DNA of 64,000 bases from Neophaeotheca triangularis (taxonomy: Eukaryota): positions 124,001 to 188,000 of the forward strand of contig BAAIJX010000036.1 in NCBI GenBank assembly GCA_054600435.1. Direction: 5' to 3'. Each line of letters starts with the position of its first letter. Positions within the stretch are counted from its first letter, which is position 1. Under the pieces are notes generated by a model. It saw nothing but the letters and a program-made list of their open reading frames with translations. It searched no databases and had not been told where the DNA came from. This document shows, in pieces, positions 47,359 to 58,927 of the stretch. Position numbers and translations under genes: made by a program.

Positions 47359-50343
47359 ATGGAGTACGACGACTTCGGCAACCTCATTGGAGGCAGCGAT
47401 GGAGACGCGCTTGGGGTTGGAGAGCGCAACACGCACGACGCCGGCTCTATCCACGACGACGCGAGCGACGACGAGGGAGATGGAGCACCGGGAGTCACCA
47501 ACCAGATGGAGCTGATGCACGTGGATGAGGAAGCTGCCTCCAATGCCGTCGTTCTGCACGAAGACAAGCAGTACTACCCAACCGCCTCCCAAGTCTACGG
47601 GCCAGACGTCGAGACTCTCGTGCAAGAGGAGGACACACAGACGCTTGCGCAGCCAATTGTCGCGCCAGTGGAGAAGGAGACATTCACTGTCGAGGAGGAG
47701 AGCTTGCCCAATGTCACCTTCGATCGCAAATTTATGGCAGACCTCATGAGCTTCCCGGATCAAGTTCGCAACGTTGCGCTGTGCGGGCACCTTCACCATG
47801 GCAAGACTAGCCTGATGGACACGTTTGTCGAACAGACACACGACGTGAAATCATTCCTCGACGGCAAGACCGGCAAGGCAAGAGAGGAGCAAATGAGATA
47901 CACCGATACCCACATTCTGGAGCGTCAAAGGAAGATCTCTGTCAAGTCCTCGCCAATGAGCCTAGTTATGCCTGACATTCGCGGCAAGAGCAAGCTTCTA
48001 AACATCATTGACACCCCGGGGCACGTTGATTTCTCCGACGAGATCGCGGCAAGCTTGCGCTTGGTGGATGGCGTGGTGCTGGTTGTGGATGTGATCGAAG
48101 GCGTGCAGAAGCAGACTGAGATGATCATCAAGCACTGCGTTCTCAATGACCTTCCAATGGTGCTGGTCTTGAACAAGATCGACAGACTCATCATCGAACT
48201 CCACGTTGAGCCATCGGACGCATACATGAACATCAACAACACCATTGAGTCGGTCAATGAGTGCATCGAGAACGTGCTGCCAGGGCAAAAGCCGAAGACT
48301 CACTTCAACCCGGGACGCAACAACGTGATCTTTGCGTCCGCCAGCATGGGCTGGAGCTTCACCCTGCACTCGTTTGCCCAAGCATACAAGGATTGGTGGG
48401 CCTCGGACCATGACTTCGACGTCGAGCAGTTCGCCTTGAGGATGTGGGGTGACATCTATCACGACAAGAAGACTGGCAAGCTGAACCGCATTACCAACAC
48501 GAAGGATTTTAAGGGAGACCGAAGTTTCGTCCACTTCGTTCTAAAGCCCATCTACAAGCTTCACGCACACACTATTGCCAAGGCTCCCAAGGATCTCAAG
48601 GTCACGCTGGAGAAGATGAACATCTATCTCACTCGCACTCAACTCAAGCTGAACGCAAAGGAGCTCCTGCGTGTCGTTTGTCAGAAGTACTTTGGTCATG
48701 CAACCGGCTTCGTTGAATCGGCGTTCAAACATCTACCTACTCCAGCTGAGGGTGCAAAGCAAAAGGTCGCAAACTACTACACTGGTCCCAAGGATACCGC
48801 CACAGCCAAATCCATGCTTGAATGCAACGCCGATGGCCCTCTCGTTGTGCAAGTCACCAAGCTCTTCCCCACGACCGATGCTGAAGCGTTCAATTGCTTC
48901 GGTCGTGTGCTCAGCGGTACGGTGAAGCCGAACCAGCCCGTCCACATCCTAGGCGAGGAGTACACCAGCGACGACCCCGAGGACATGGTTGCGACTACTC
49001 TCGCTGGCGTCAGCATCGCAGAGTCTCGCTATAATGTTCCCGTCGGCGCGATCCCCGCTGGCAATCTCTGTCTGCTCCACGGCATCGACAACTCCATCAT
49101 CAAATCGGCGGCGATCCTCTCCCCAGAGCTGCCTGATAATGATGAGGGTTTCGTTTTCACGCCAATCACGCATTTCTACGAGCCTGTCCTCAAGATCGCG
49201 ATCGAGCCTGTCAACCCCAGCGAGTTGCCCAAAATGCTCGAGGGTCTTCGTAGCATCAACAAGACATACCCGATGCTCGAGTCTCGCGTGGAAGAGAGCG
49301 GTGAGCACATCATGCTTGGCTCTGGCGAGCTATATCTGGACTGCGTCATGCACGACCTGCGCCGTCTGTATGGCCGCATGGACATCAAAGTCTCGGACCC
49401 AGTGACCCGCTTCGCTGAGACCGTCGATGCGGACTCGCGCATGAAGTGCTACTCAATCACACCAAACAAAAAAAACAGAATCACTCTCGTGGCTGGGCCA
49501 ATGGACGATGCAATTGCAGAGGACATCGAGACCGGCAAAGTCAACATCAAGGACCCTGTGCGTGTAGTAGGCAAGTTTTTCGAAGAGAAGCATGATTTCG
49601 ATCTACTCGCTTCCCGCAATATCTGGGCTTTCGGTCCGACCGACAAGAGCCCCAACATCCTCCAGAACGATACCCTTCCCAGTCAAATCGATGCGAAGAC
49701 GGCGCGCGCTGTCAAAGACTCGATGACCAGCGGTTTCAAGTGGGGTGTTCGTGAGGGTCCATTGTGCGAGGAGCCCATCCGCAACACTCTATTCAAGATC
49801 ACAGACCTCGAGCTCGACCAATCGCCCATTCACCGTGGCGCTGGCCAAATCATCCCGACAGCCCGTCGCGCAGTCTACAGCTCTTTCCTCATGGCGGAGC
49901 CGCGCTTGATGGAGCCTGTCTACAGCGCCAACGTGCTCTGTCACCAGGACGTCAAGGGCAAAGTCTACGAGTCCCTCAGCAGGCGTCGTGGACACGTTCT
50001 TGCCGACACCGCGGTCAAGGGAAGTCCTCTCCAGCGAGTCACCGGTCTCATCCCTGTCATCGACAGCTTCGGCTTTGAGGTCGATCTCAAGGTTACCTGC
50101 AAGGGCACCGCCTCTCTCTCGCTCGTCTTCGACCGCTGGAGCCAAGTCCCAGGCGACCCTCTCGACAAAACCGCTATCACTCGTCCCCTGGAGCCGGCCA
50201 ACGTCGCAGGCATGGCCAGAGACTTCGTCATGAAGACTCGCAAGCGCAAGGGTCTGAGCGACGACTTGCGCGTCACGCAGTTCCTCGAGCGCGACCTGGT
50301 CAAGGAATTGAGGGAAGGCGGTTTGCTCGAGGAAGACGAGTGA
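47359..50343 (+). CDS. SNU114: U5 snRNP EF-2-like GTPase Snu114 (EFTUD2)
   Basis: YDDFGNLIG acidic N-terminus, AVVLHEDKQYYPTA...VETLVQEED, GHLHHGKT, DTPGH, NKID and GPLCEEPIRN. The start is assigned to MEYDDF, with in-frame upstream ATGs at 47269 and 47299. Confidence 0.94.
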   Translation: MEYDDFGNLIGGSDGDALGVGERNTHDAGSIHDDASDDEGDGAPGVTNQMELMHVDEEAASNAVVLHEDKQYYPTASQVYGPDVETLVQEEDTQTLAQPIVAPVEKETFTVEEESLPNVTFDRKFMADLMSFPDQVRNVALCGHLHHGKTSLMDTFVEQTHDVKSFLDGKTGKAREEQMRYTDTHILERQRKISVKSSPMSLVMPDIRGKSKLLNIIDTPGHVDFSDEIAASLRLVDGVVLVVDVIEGVQKQTEMIIKHCVLNDLPMVLVLNKIDRLIIELHVEPSDAYMNINNTIESVNECIENVLPGQKPKTHFNPGRNNVIFASASMGWSFTLHSFAQAYKDWWASDHDFDVEQFALRMWGDIYHDKKTGKLNRITNTKDFKGDRSFVHFVLKPIYKLHAHTIAKAPKDLKVTLEKMNIYLTRTQLKLNAKELLRVVCQKYFGHATGFVESAFKHLPTPAEGAKQKVANYYTGPKDTATAKSMLECNADGPLVVQVTKLFPTTDAEAFNCFGRVLSGTVKPNQPVHILGEEYTSDDPEDMVATTLAGVSIAESRYNVPVGAIPAGNLCLLHGIDNSIIKSAAILSPELPDNDEGFVFTPITHFYEPVLKIAIEPVNPSELPKMLEGLRSINKTYPMLESRVEESGEHIMLGSGELYLDCVMHDLRRLYGRMDIKVSDPVTRFAETVDADSRMKCYSITPNKKNRITLVAGPMDDAIAEDIETGKVNIKDPVRVVGKFFEEKHDFDLLASRNIWAFGPTDKSPNILQNDTLPSQIDAKTARAVKDSMTSGFKWGVREGPLCEEPIRNTLFKITDLELDQSPIHRGAGQIIPTARRAVYSSFLMAEPRLMEPVYSANVLCHQDVKGKVYESLSRRRGHVLADTAVKGSPLQRVTGLIPVIDSFGFEVDLKVTCKGTASLSLVFDRWSQVPGDPLDKTAITRPLEPANVAGMARDFVMKTRKRKGLSDDLRVTQFLERDLVKELREGGLLEEDE

Positions 50344-51400
50344 TTCATCAACACAACCCATCACGATCAAATCACGGCGTAGCATTGTATTTGCATTGCA
50401 TGAAGTTAGCGCTGGGCATCCTACGGAGTACCTGGCGCGGCAAACGGCGGCGAGGAGTGTTTCAAGATACCACGGGGATGCGGAAAGCATCATGCTTACG
50501 AAAGCGTATACGGGAGTACCATAAGTCTATTATCGGCTGGTGCGGAGCATTGGGCGTCTTTGCCGGGCTTCGTCTAGTTCTCATGTGTGTAGCGTGTACA
50601 GACTGTACTTTATTTGCAACTCTGTTTCCTCAAGTCTTCGTCTACCAGCCCTATCATACGGTTTTGGCTGAAAGTCTCGCGGTAGAATTCGCAAATACAT
50701 TCCAGCGCACGCCTGCATGAGCTGGGGCCACGTGAATGCAATATATTGCGTAGACTACAGCGTTAACAACATGTGCTTTGAGATTTTCAAGACCTATGCT
50801 CATAGTTTGACTAATGTATATTCCTTTCAATGACTGCTGACTCTCCAAGCCCGACCCAGTACAATGCACCCAACGCTAACTTTTCACCCTGAAGCTCCTC
50901 CGCTACCGACGTAGCCTCGAGTCGCGCGTCTGTAGATCATGGCCTTGGGTCGCTGCTCAATGAACAAAGCTATACTATTCGGGCCTTGTCTGCCGGTCGT
51001 ATACCCAGCGATTCGTCCTCGTATCCTCTTTCTATCAAGCAGTCAAAGGGTTTAAACTCCTGATGGGTGGGTGGCGAGGATGGCGAGCGCACTATCGACA
51101 CTAAGGAGAACGCACGCGTAGAGTTTCAAATAGCCTAATTAGAAGGAAGCGACTGGCGACTAGGCCATTGGATTCATCCCGCATGGGCTCAAGGGGCCAT
51201 GGCGGTGAAAGGACGGCGATTTTGTTGCGAGTACTGGCAGGTTCGTCAAGACAGCTCTGGGATTTGCTGGTGGTTGATGCTCCGTCGCTCAGAGTTGGAT
51301 AGAAAGTCAGCGCTCCCCTCGAGGAGTACTTTGTACGGTTCTTCCCTCGGTATTGTCATGCCGAGTCACAGGAGGGCAGGCCGGCAAGTGGTGAGTTTTC

Positions 51401-51744
51401 TCAGACTGATCGCATTACTCTCGCTACATCATCGCGCGCGCCGTTGAGATCGTGGTCGGTGCCGTCTTGATGAGCCATTTTGACGGTGGCGTGGAGCGCG
51501 AGTAGGTCTTTTGCTCTCTTCAGATCGGTATCATTGTCGTCCTTTGACGGGAGGATGGTGTTCGAGGCTGCATCGCCACTAGAGCGGGCAGATACGAGAG
51601 CAAGAGCGGCAGAGGAGTCCTGCAAGCTGTTAATCTCCTATATATCTTGAGGGTAGTCTCATTGAACGACAGACTTACACAGACTTGGAGCGAAGTCAGA
51701 TCTGACAGGACGTCTGCGACTTTCATGTTTCCAGTAGCGGACAT
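51401..51744 (-). CDS. Small conserved hypothetical fungal protein (about 94 aa, two exons)
   Basis: MKVADVLSDLTSLQVC, then intron 51620-51678 (GTAAGT...CAG), then DSSAALALV...DLKRAKDLLALH...ARDDVARV. Confidence 0.75.
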
Positions 51745-52232
51745 TGCATTAGATGGCTGCCCTCGATTGCTGCTGTCTGACGAGATTGGAGCTCGTTGAT
51801 AAGTTGAAAATTGTCCAAGGAATTTGAGGAAAGGCGCGAATAAAAGTACAAAGGTAGGTACTGGGTAGGGAGCAAGACGGTCGATCTCAGGTCGAGGTGA
51901 AGTCCTCGACCATGCCCGACGTTGCCAACATTGATCTGATAGGGCTGCGATGTGAAACGACGCTAGCGGGTGGCTGCAGCTTTACCTAGGCAGGTAAAGC
52001 TGCACTCACGACGTCGTGCCTTCCTCAATCGTACCTTCCTGCTATTATAGCAACGTCGGAGTTTGGCCCGGGTTTATGCCGACGCGCGTAAATACAATTC
52101 CAAAGTTCCCCGCTGCTTTCTCACCTTCTCTCTCCTCACGCGACAACAACACTTGCGATCGCGCGCAACCTCTACTCACATCACTACGCACCGCACACAT
52201 TCTACCCTACCTACCCTACTATCACCGCGAAG

Positions 52233-53416
52233 ATGCCTCCACGTCCGCCCGCACCTAAGCTCTCGTCACAGATCATTACCGATGTCGACAAACAAGCGGT
52301 TCGCGACACAGCCTGGCCCGCCATCTTCAACAAGAAAGTGGACACATCGAAGATCAACATGGGCGTTATCAAGGCCTGGATTGAGGACAAGCTTGCACAG
52401 CTAGGCAACGACGATGATGTTATGAGCTCACTCGTCGTGAATTTGCTTGAGGCAAACAAATTTGTATGCTACGAATACCTGCCGCGCTTTCGGAGTTTGA
52501 AGGCTTACACAAAGACTTTTCTGCAGCCTAAAATTAAGGAAATCCAAGTCCAGATCGGCAACTTCCTGGGCAAGGATGCCCCAGCCTTTAGCAAAGAGCT
52601 GTGGGGATTGTGCTTGGAGGCGCAGGACGCGCCGAACGGGGTCCCTCCGGCCCTTGTCGCTGCGAAGAAGGACGAGCTGCGCAAGCAGAAAGTAAGCTTT
52701 GATCCCTGGCATACTCTATATACATTCAACATTTACTGACATATACACTTCAGGAAGCAGAGGCGAAGGCGAGGGAGGAAGAGGTGCGCCGCCGTGAGGC
52801 AGAGCGCAACCGCGACCGTGAGCGGGAGGAGGCTCTGTCGCGTGAGCGCGATGCCCGCGGCGGCCGCTTCGGAGGTGGGCGCAACGATCGCTATGATCGT
52901 CGCGGAGGTCGCCCAATGGGCCGTCGTGACCAGTCTTTATCCTCATCCTCTCCCCCACCAAGAAGACGACACGGTGACCAACAATCCTACAGCAACAACT
53001 CGGGCCGTGGCGAAAGCTACGTGCCTCGCGGTGGCCGCGACCGCCCATTCCGCCGCGACAACGACCGTCGCTCGCGCTCGCCGGCTCCTCGTCATCGTCG
53101 CAATTCAAGTTCGTCTATCTCTTCTTCAACAGACGGGAGACATTACTCACACTATCAAGCATACGACCGCCGCGACGACCGCCGCGACAACCGCCGCGGT
53201 GCCGACAACTACCGCCCGCGCTCCCCCCTTGCCCGCCGCCGCCGTTCGACCACTCCCCCTTCCCGCAGGTCTCGCTCTCCGGAGCCTCAGCGTCGCCGCC
53301 GCCAGTCTCCGCCCCGCTCCGCCACCCCCGTCGCCGTCACCGACAAGGACGACGACAAGAAGGAGGGCGAGACTGCTGTGAAGGGGGAGGAGGAGGTGAA
53401 GGAGAAGGAGGAGTAG
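52233..53416 (+). CDS. PWI-domain, Arg/Ser-rich splicing-related protein (SRm160/SRRM1-like)
   Basis: FNKKVDTSKINMGVIKAWIEDKLAQLGNDDDV, FSKELWGLCLEAQ...GVP and an RS/RD-rich tail. Introns at 52464-52526 and 52691-52753. Confidence 0.88.
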
Positions 53417-53949
53417 TTTGTCTCCCTGTGTTTCTGCTGTGTACTGTGTGGAGCCTGTGCTCCTGGCCCACAAGAGCGTGGAGTTCGGTGCTTGCCGTGG
53501 GATGTGAATTCGAAACGAGCTACGAATTGTACAACAGTGTACCAGTAGGTAGCCATTAAACTGCCAGAACTATGACCATCCTTTAAGTGTCTATCGCTAT
53601 CACTGTTCTCAGCCCTGATCATGCCCACACGTCCAACCAACGCTGGGCCTTTGCACAAGGTGACAGTACATGCAAATGCCGCTCGTAGCAACAAGGTAGC
53701 TAACAAATACGCAGCATTCAGGCCAGGAGCAGGGGCGCTGGGTCTAGGAGTAACATATAACTTTTGATGCACTCGCCTCGTACATTTCTCCCTTCTCAAT
53801 CTTTCTATCAAATCACGTATGGCACAACAAAGACAACTACAGCCCCCAATAGCGCTTTTTCGGGCAGCGCGGCAAATAAGTATTGCGTGATTAGCGAGCC
53901 AGGGGGAACGAAACTAACATATAACAGCTTTCAAAGGGCTGCCAGGCGG

Positions 53950-54285
53950 TCTCATCCCTGCGCATCATTTTTCGATATCGATCCCCTGGCAGGATTAACT
54001 CGCGAAATCTCATTCGCAACCATGGCTATGATGGAGATACCCATAGCCTCCGCCGCCACTTTCAAACCGTATGGCATTCAGTCAATGCGCTAACCTCATG
54101 CCGGGGACGAGGGAGACAATTCTCCAAGACCTTCTCAGCCTTCTGGTCCAGGCATTCTGTGCGCATCCATGTCCCTATATCGATCCCCTGGCAAGAAACC
54201 TTGCGGGAATTTGATAGCGACGCCGGCTACGATGAAAAGATCTATAACCTTTTCTGCCCTTTTCCAACACGGTGTCAGCTAGTCA
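53950..54285. repeat. Degenerate direct duplication with a 202-bp offset
   Basis: ATATCGATCCCCTGGCA occurs at 53975 and 54177, and the flanks align over about 130 bp. Confidence 0.7.
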
Positions 54286-55390
54286 CCAAGCGAGCATCAA
54301 GCCAGAAGGGATAAGAGTAACTAAAGACAGCATTTCAAGAACTGCTTGGCATTATGGAGTAGACGAGCCATGGTCTCGATACCGGCTTCCTGGCACTATC
54401 AACACGCAGAACCTCAAAGCGCCACGGGGGCGAAGAAAACGGTACCCACAGCCTTTACCGCCGTTTCCAAACAGCGCGCAGATTGAAACATTTCGCGCTC
54501 TGAGCCCGGGGTTATGAAGGAGGCAGACCGGGTTTCTAGGGGCTCCGTGCAGTTTCAACGCAGTTCCACTTGCGTGCCTTAATAGCTGCTTCCCAGCCTG
54601 ACTTACCTAAGAGATCTCAATCCCAGTGGAGGTTACGATGAAGCTGGCTACAGCTTTCACTGCCAGTGTTAAGGGGCATGTTCATCGATTGATCCACAGT
54701 CCTCGGGCCAGGGGCAACGAGCTTAGCGTAGCGTAGCTTGAAAGGTCTAGAGGACTCGCTGGTGGAAGCTCGTTTGTTTCTCCATTGGAGTGCGTACTCA
54801 GCACACTTGACTCATTGCACGTTGGAGGCTGTGACAAGGGCGACGATACCCCTGAGTCCACTTCTACAGTTATCTTGGTCGCTGATTGATGTGCAGGCTG
54901 GCGGCCCGGAGCAAGACCAGTGTGCAGTAAGTAGTCACTGGCAGCTACGCAGATCCAGGATTGGAAGTGACAAGATACTGGTATGTTTACCACGGTCTTC
55001 CGCACGTAATCGCCGCGGAACATCTGCGTACTCTTGCGGATCTGTTCTTATATCCTCCTTGCCTAATACTTCAAAACAATCATGCATTGTCTCGAAGATT
55101 AGACGTTCGATATGGGACAAGACATGATGTTGCAGTTGCAGCCCAGTGGTTCCGCTCCCCAAACCCCCCGCGCGGAAGCTGCGGTCCAAACTCCGAAGTC
55201 GGAATCGTCGAACCGATGCGGACATCAACCTGAGCTACCATCCCCAACCTAACGTTACCCAAGACCTTAGGGAAACGACACGGCTCCATGTCAGCCAGCA
55301 TCCCTACACCTACTTACTGTTCACGCTGGTAATGCGGCTTCTCACAACCGGCGCAGAGCTACAGCAGCTCCTCGCCGGCGCTTCAACAAC

Positions 55391-56569
55391 ATGCTTACCC
55401 TCCGACGCACATCTCAGATAGGCCTACGGGCGAGCCTGCCTGGCATATTCAGCACAACCTCCTCCCCCGCCACACGCATAAGAGTCTCAGCACCGCACCT
55501 CCACCAAACCCGACACTACAGCCGAAAGCGGTCCCACGAGCCTCAAGGCGGCACCACAACACCCTTACCCAAAGGCGGCCCCAAAACCCCCTCCAGCAGT
55601 CCCTTCTACTTCGAGAGCGCATGGTCGGGCTGGCCCAAGCGGCTCCCGCGCCCCTTCCCACCGCCCTTTTTCTCGCCGCCCTCGGGCTCCTTCTCCGACC
55701 CGCTCTCCACCCACGACCGCGTGCGCGGCGACAAAGTCAACGGCGAGCTCATCCGCGGTCGCAGCGTGGGCGACGACGCCGTCATCAGCGAGGACAACTT
55801 CATCGGCGCCAACGACGGCGTGGGACAGTGGGCGCAGAAGGAAAGGGGCTGCGCGCCGCTCTGGAGTCGTCTGATTCTGCACTTTTGGTTACTGGCCGCC
55901 GAGCGGGATGGGTATGGGATGCAGGGCAATGGTCCGGAGCCCGTGAGGTATTTGGACGAGGCTTACACTGAGACCAAGGGGGTTTTGACCGAGCCGAATC
56001 ATTGGGAGGGCACGACGACTTGCAGCACGGCGCTGTTGCATTTCGAGGGCGAGACGCCGGTGTTGTTTGTGACGCAGCTGGGGGATAGTAGGGTTTTGGT
56101 TATTAGGCCCAAGGAGGAGAAGGTGGTATTTTCTACCGAGGAGCAGTGGCACTTCTTTGACTGCCCGAGGCAATTGGGGACGAATTCTATCGATACGCCG
56201 TATGAGAATGCCGTCATGACGCGGTTGGAGATACAGGAGGATGATGTGGTGTTGGCCATGTCTGATGGGGTGACGGACAATCTCTGGGAACATGAGATTT
56301 GCACGTCGGTGGTGGAGACGCTGCAGAAGTGGCGGGCGAAACAGCAAGATGTGGAGAAGGGGGAGGAGCAGGACGAGAACATGGATGCACAAGCGATGAA
56401 GTTCGTGGCGAGGGAATTGGTTGACAGTGCGAGGAAGATTGCGGAGGACATGTTTGCCGAGAGTCCGTTTATGGAGAGGGCTGTTGAGGAGGGCTTGCCG
56501 TATGAGGGTGGTAAGCTGGATGATATTTCTGTTGTTGCTGGACTTTGCAGGAGAAGGACGAAAGGGTGA
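55391..56569 (+). CDS. PP2C-family phosphatase (Ptc7/Azr1-like), probably mitochondrial
   Basis: Arg-rich presequence, VGDDA, GANDGVGQW, GTTT, QLGDS, EQWHFFDCPRQLG, SDGVTDNL and GGKLDDISVV. Confidence 0.9.
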   Translation: MLTLRRTSQIGLRASLPGIFSTTSSPATRIRVSAPHLHQTRHYSRKRSHEPQGGTTTPLPKGGPKTPSSSPFYFESAWSGWPKRLPRPFPPPFFSPPSGSFSDPLSTHDRVRGDKVNGELIRGRSVGDDAVISEDNFIGANDGVGQWAQKERGCAPLWSRLILHFWLLAAERDGYGMQGNGPEPVRYLDEAYTETKGVLTEPNHWEGTTTCSTALLHFEGETPVLFVTQLGDSRVLVIRPKEEKVVFSTEEQWHFFDCPRQLGTNSIDTPYENAVMTRLEIQEDDVVLAMSDGVTDNLWEHEICTSVVETLQKWRAKQQDVEKGEEQDENMDAQAMKFVARELVDSARKIAEDMFAESPFMERAVEEGLPYEGGKLDDISVVAGLCRRRTKG

Positions 56570-58927
56570 GTGGCGTTCGCCATGTCGGGCCAAATCTACA
56601 ACCTCGCGTCCGAAGCTGCTACACAGGATATCAAAGATTGGGGTTTCTAGGTCTACAGCTTCGAAGTTCTGGAAAGACGACCGAACCTACGAGTCCTCAT
56701 ATCGACCGTCGACCGCGCTCACCGACACCGCTCATACTGAGAATCATGAGACAAAAGGAGCCAGGAGGACGCATCGATCTGGCGATTACAAAGGGGAACA
56801 TACTACCCCATCTCCATAACCTCGGAGAAAATTGGCTGCAGACCCTGCCAGTACCGCTGACGCCCTTGAGCTAGAGGAGATGACTTGGGATTCGATTCAG
56901 TTTGAGAAGAAGGGCATCGTCGAAATGAGGCGTAAAACGGCACGGTGGCGGCGCGAGATTGTCACACGTGATCACGTACCCTAGCATGTCCATCTAGATA
57001 CCCTAACAAACATGTGCCGCCTGCCGGAAGTACAGCAAAGATGGCGCGGCTCCTCTCCGCTCGGCCATCTCCCTCGTAACCTTGTCATAATAAGGTCGGT
57101 GATGCTTCCGTGGCAGTTTTCGGAAAAGCTTGCGAATCGTCTCGTCAATGATTTTGAGCCTGGGGCAATCGGGCGGTTAGAGCCTAGGGCATCAGGTAGG
57201 GGTAACCTACTGTAGCTAGGGCAACGGTTTCAACTTCTTCTAACCCCGCAATTTTCTTTGCCAGGTATATTACGGTCAGTAGAGTTGGGTAGTAGTCGGT
57301 CACGCTCGAACATATCCATATAATAATGGATTCATGTACCTTGCCAAGCTTGTACCAAGGTGTCGCGCAGGACGTCTCGTGATCACGCACGGCTAGACGC
57401 TAGTTGTCGAGCCGAGACGTTGGAGGTACTGTAGGTAGTGTATACTACTGTCAGATACCTGGTACCTTGCCTCTTATTATTATTACTGAACTTACTGTGT
57501 AGAGTCAAGGAATCCGGGCGCGGTCTGGCTGTCTTGGTCACTACCTGGTACTTACTACTTTTACCTACTTGCAAAAGGTACTAGTAAGGTATGGACACTA
57601 CTACTGTCCGTGCCCTTCGGTTCGATCGACACAACCCAAGCTTTCCCCGGACTTTTCATGCTCGCTTCAGACGCAATTGATATTATTATTGTTACCTTGC
57701 CTGCAGGTGATTGTTATGCCATGACACGTGATCTGAGTTCCCCGCTTACTCTCGGCTTGCGAGCGGAACGGCGGGCGGCTTTGGCTGTCCCGCTGTTGAC
57801 TTTCTGATGGAGATCCGGGAGGTGGAGGGTCCACCTACCTGCTGGAGTTGGAACTTGGACGTCACCTCGCACGTTAAAAGTCCATTACTACTGTTACTAT
57901 TAATTGTTGTTGACGTGTTTCTTATTTACTGTGAACATTACTGTCTGGGTTTTGCGGTACAAGGATAGCTTGCAGTCTCGCTTGGCGCCGCCGTCGGTAT
58001 AGCAGAAGCGGAAGGGTGACCGGGAGTAAATAAAGTACAGTACGGTGACTTACTAGTAAGTAGGGATTTATGATGTAGGCGGGATCCGAAAGTCTGGGGT
58101 GGTCCAGTCCATGGCACTTGCACCGCCGCCATTCCCCGGAAGCAGCATCCCATTAGTCAAGAAAGGGTTACTATTACCCCCAGACAAATGGCTGGCGCTG
58201 TCCACGTGCCATGGCAAGGGCAAGTGTTCCAGTCGTTATTTCCTAGCTGTCATGTACGACGGCTTGTCTCTTGCAAGAGCTTGCAAAAGTGGCCATGTCA
58301 CCATGTGCCCTCCTCGACCAGTCACGCCAGTTGCTTTGACTAATTGTGGCGCCTCGACTGGAGGGCTGCCTAACTTATAAGGTATGCTAAGGTATGTTGC
58401 TGCTAAGGTAATCAGCCATAAAACCGCCCGCCATGATAATACCGTCAAGGTTCTATTACTGTTACTTACATACATACTACTGTCGTGTGTAATAGTAAAT
58501 AACCTGGAAGGAAGAGATGCGGAGACGTAAGAAACTATGACCAATCTCTTCCCAGGGGGAGGGGTCTTGTCGTTGCTGTCTTATGTTATATCATTCTATC
58601 AAGTGCCACCACCTGCCCGACCTACTCTGCCCTCTTCTTCACTCTCGTGAATGAATCGAATCCCTGTGAAGACTTTTCAATCCCCCCCACCAACCAACAC
58701 CTGACCTGATACCTTATCCATCCTACCCTACTCTACCCCTCCCCTCGAGTGAATAGGAAGGAACAAAGAAAGCCTAAAACTTTGGCCAAGAGCTTTCTTT
58801 GTGTCTGCCACCACCTGACTTCTGCTCTCTACCCACTACTTACCACCACCTACCTACCTACCTACCTACCCATACCACTGACACCGCATTGCCATCTTTT
58901 CGCCACACCCTCCAGCCGTCAGAAGCA

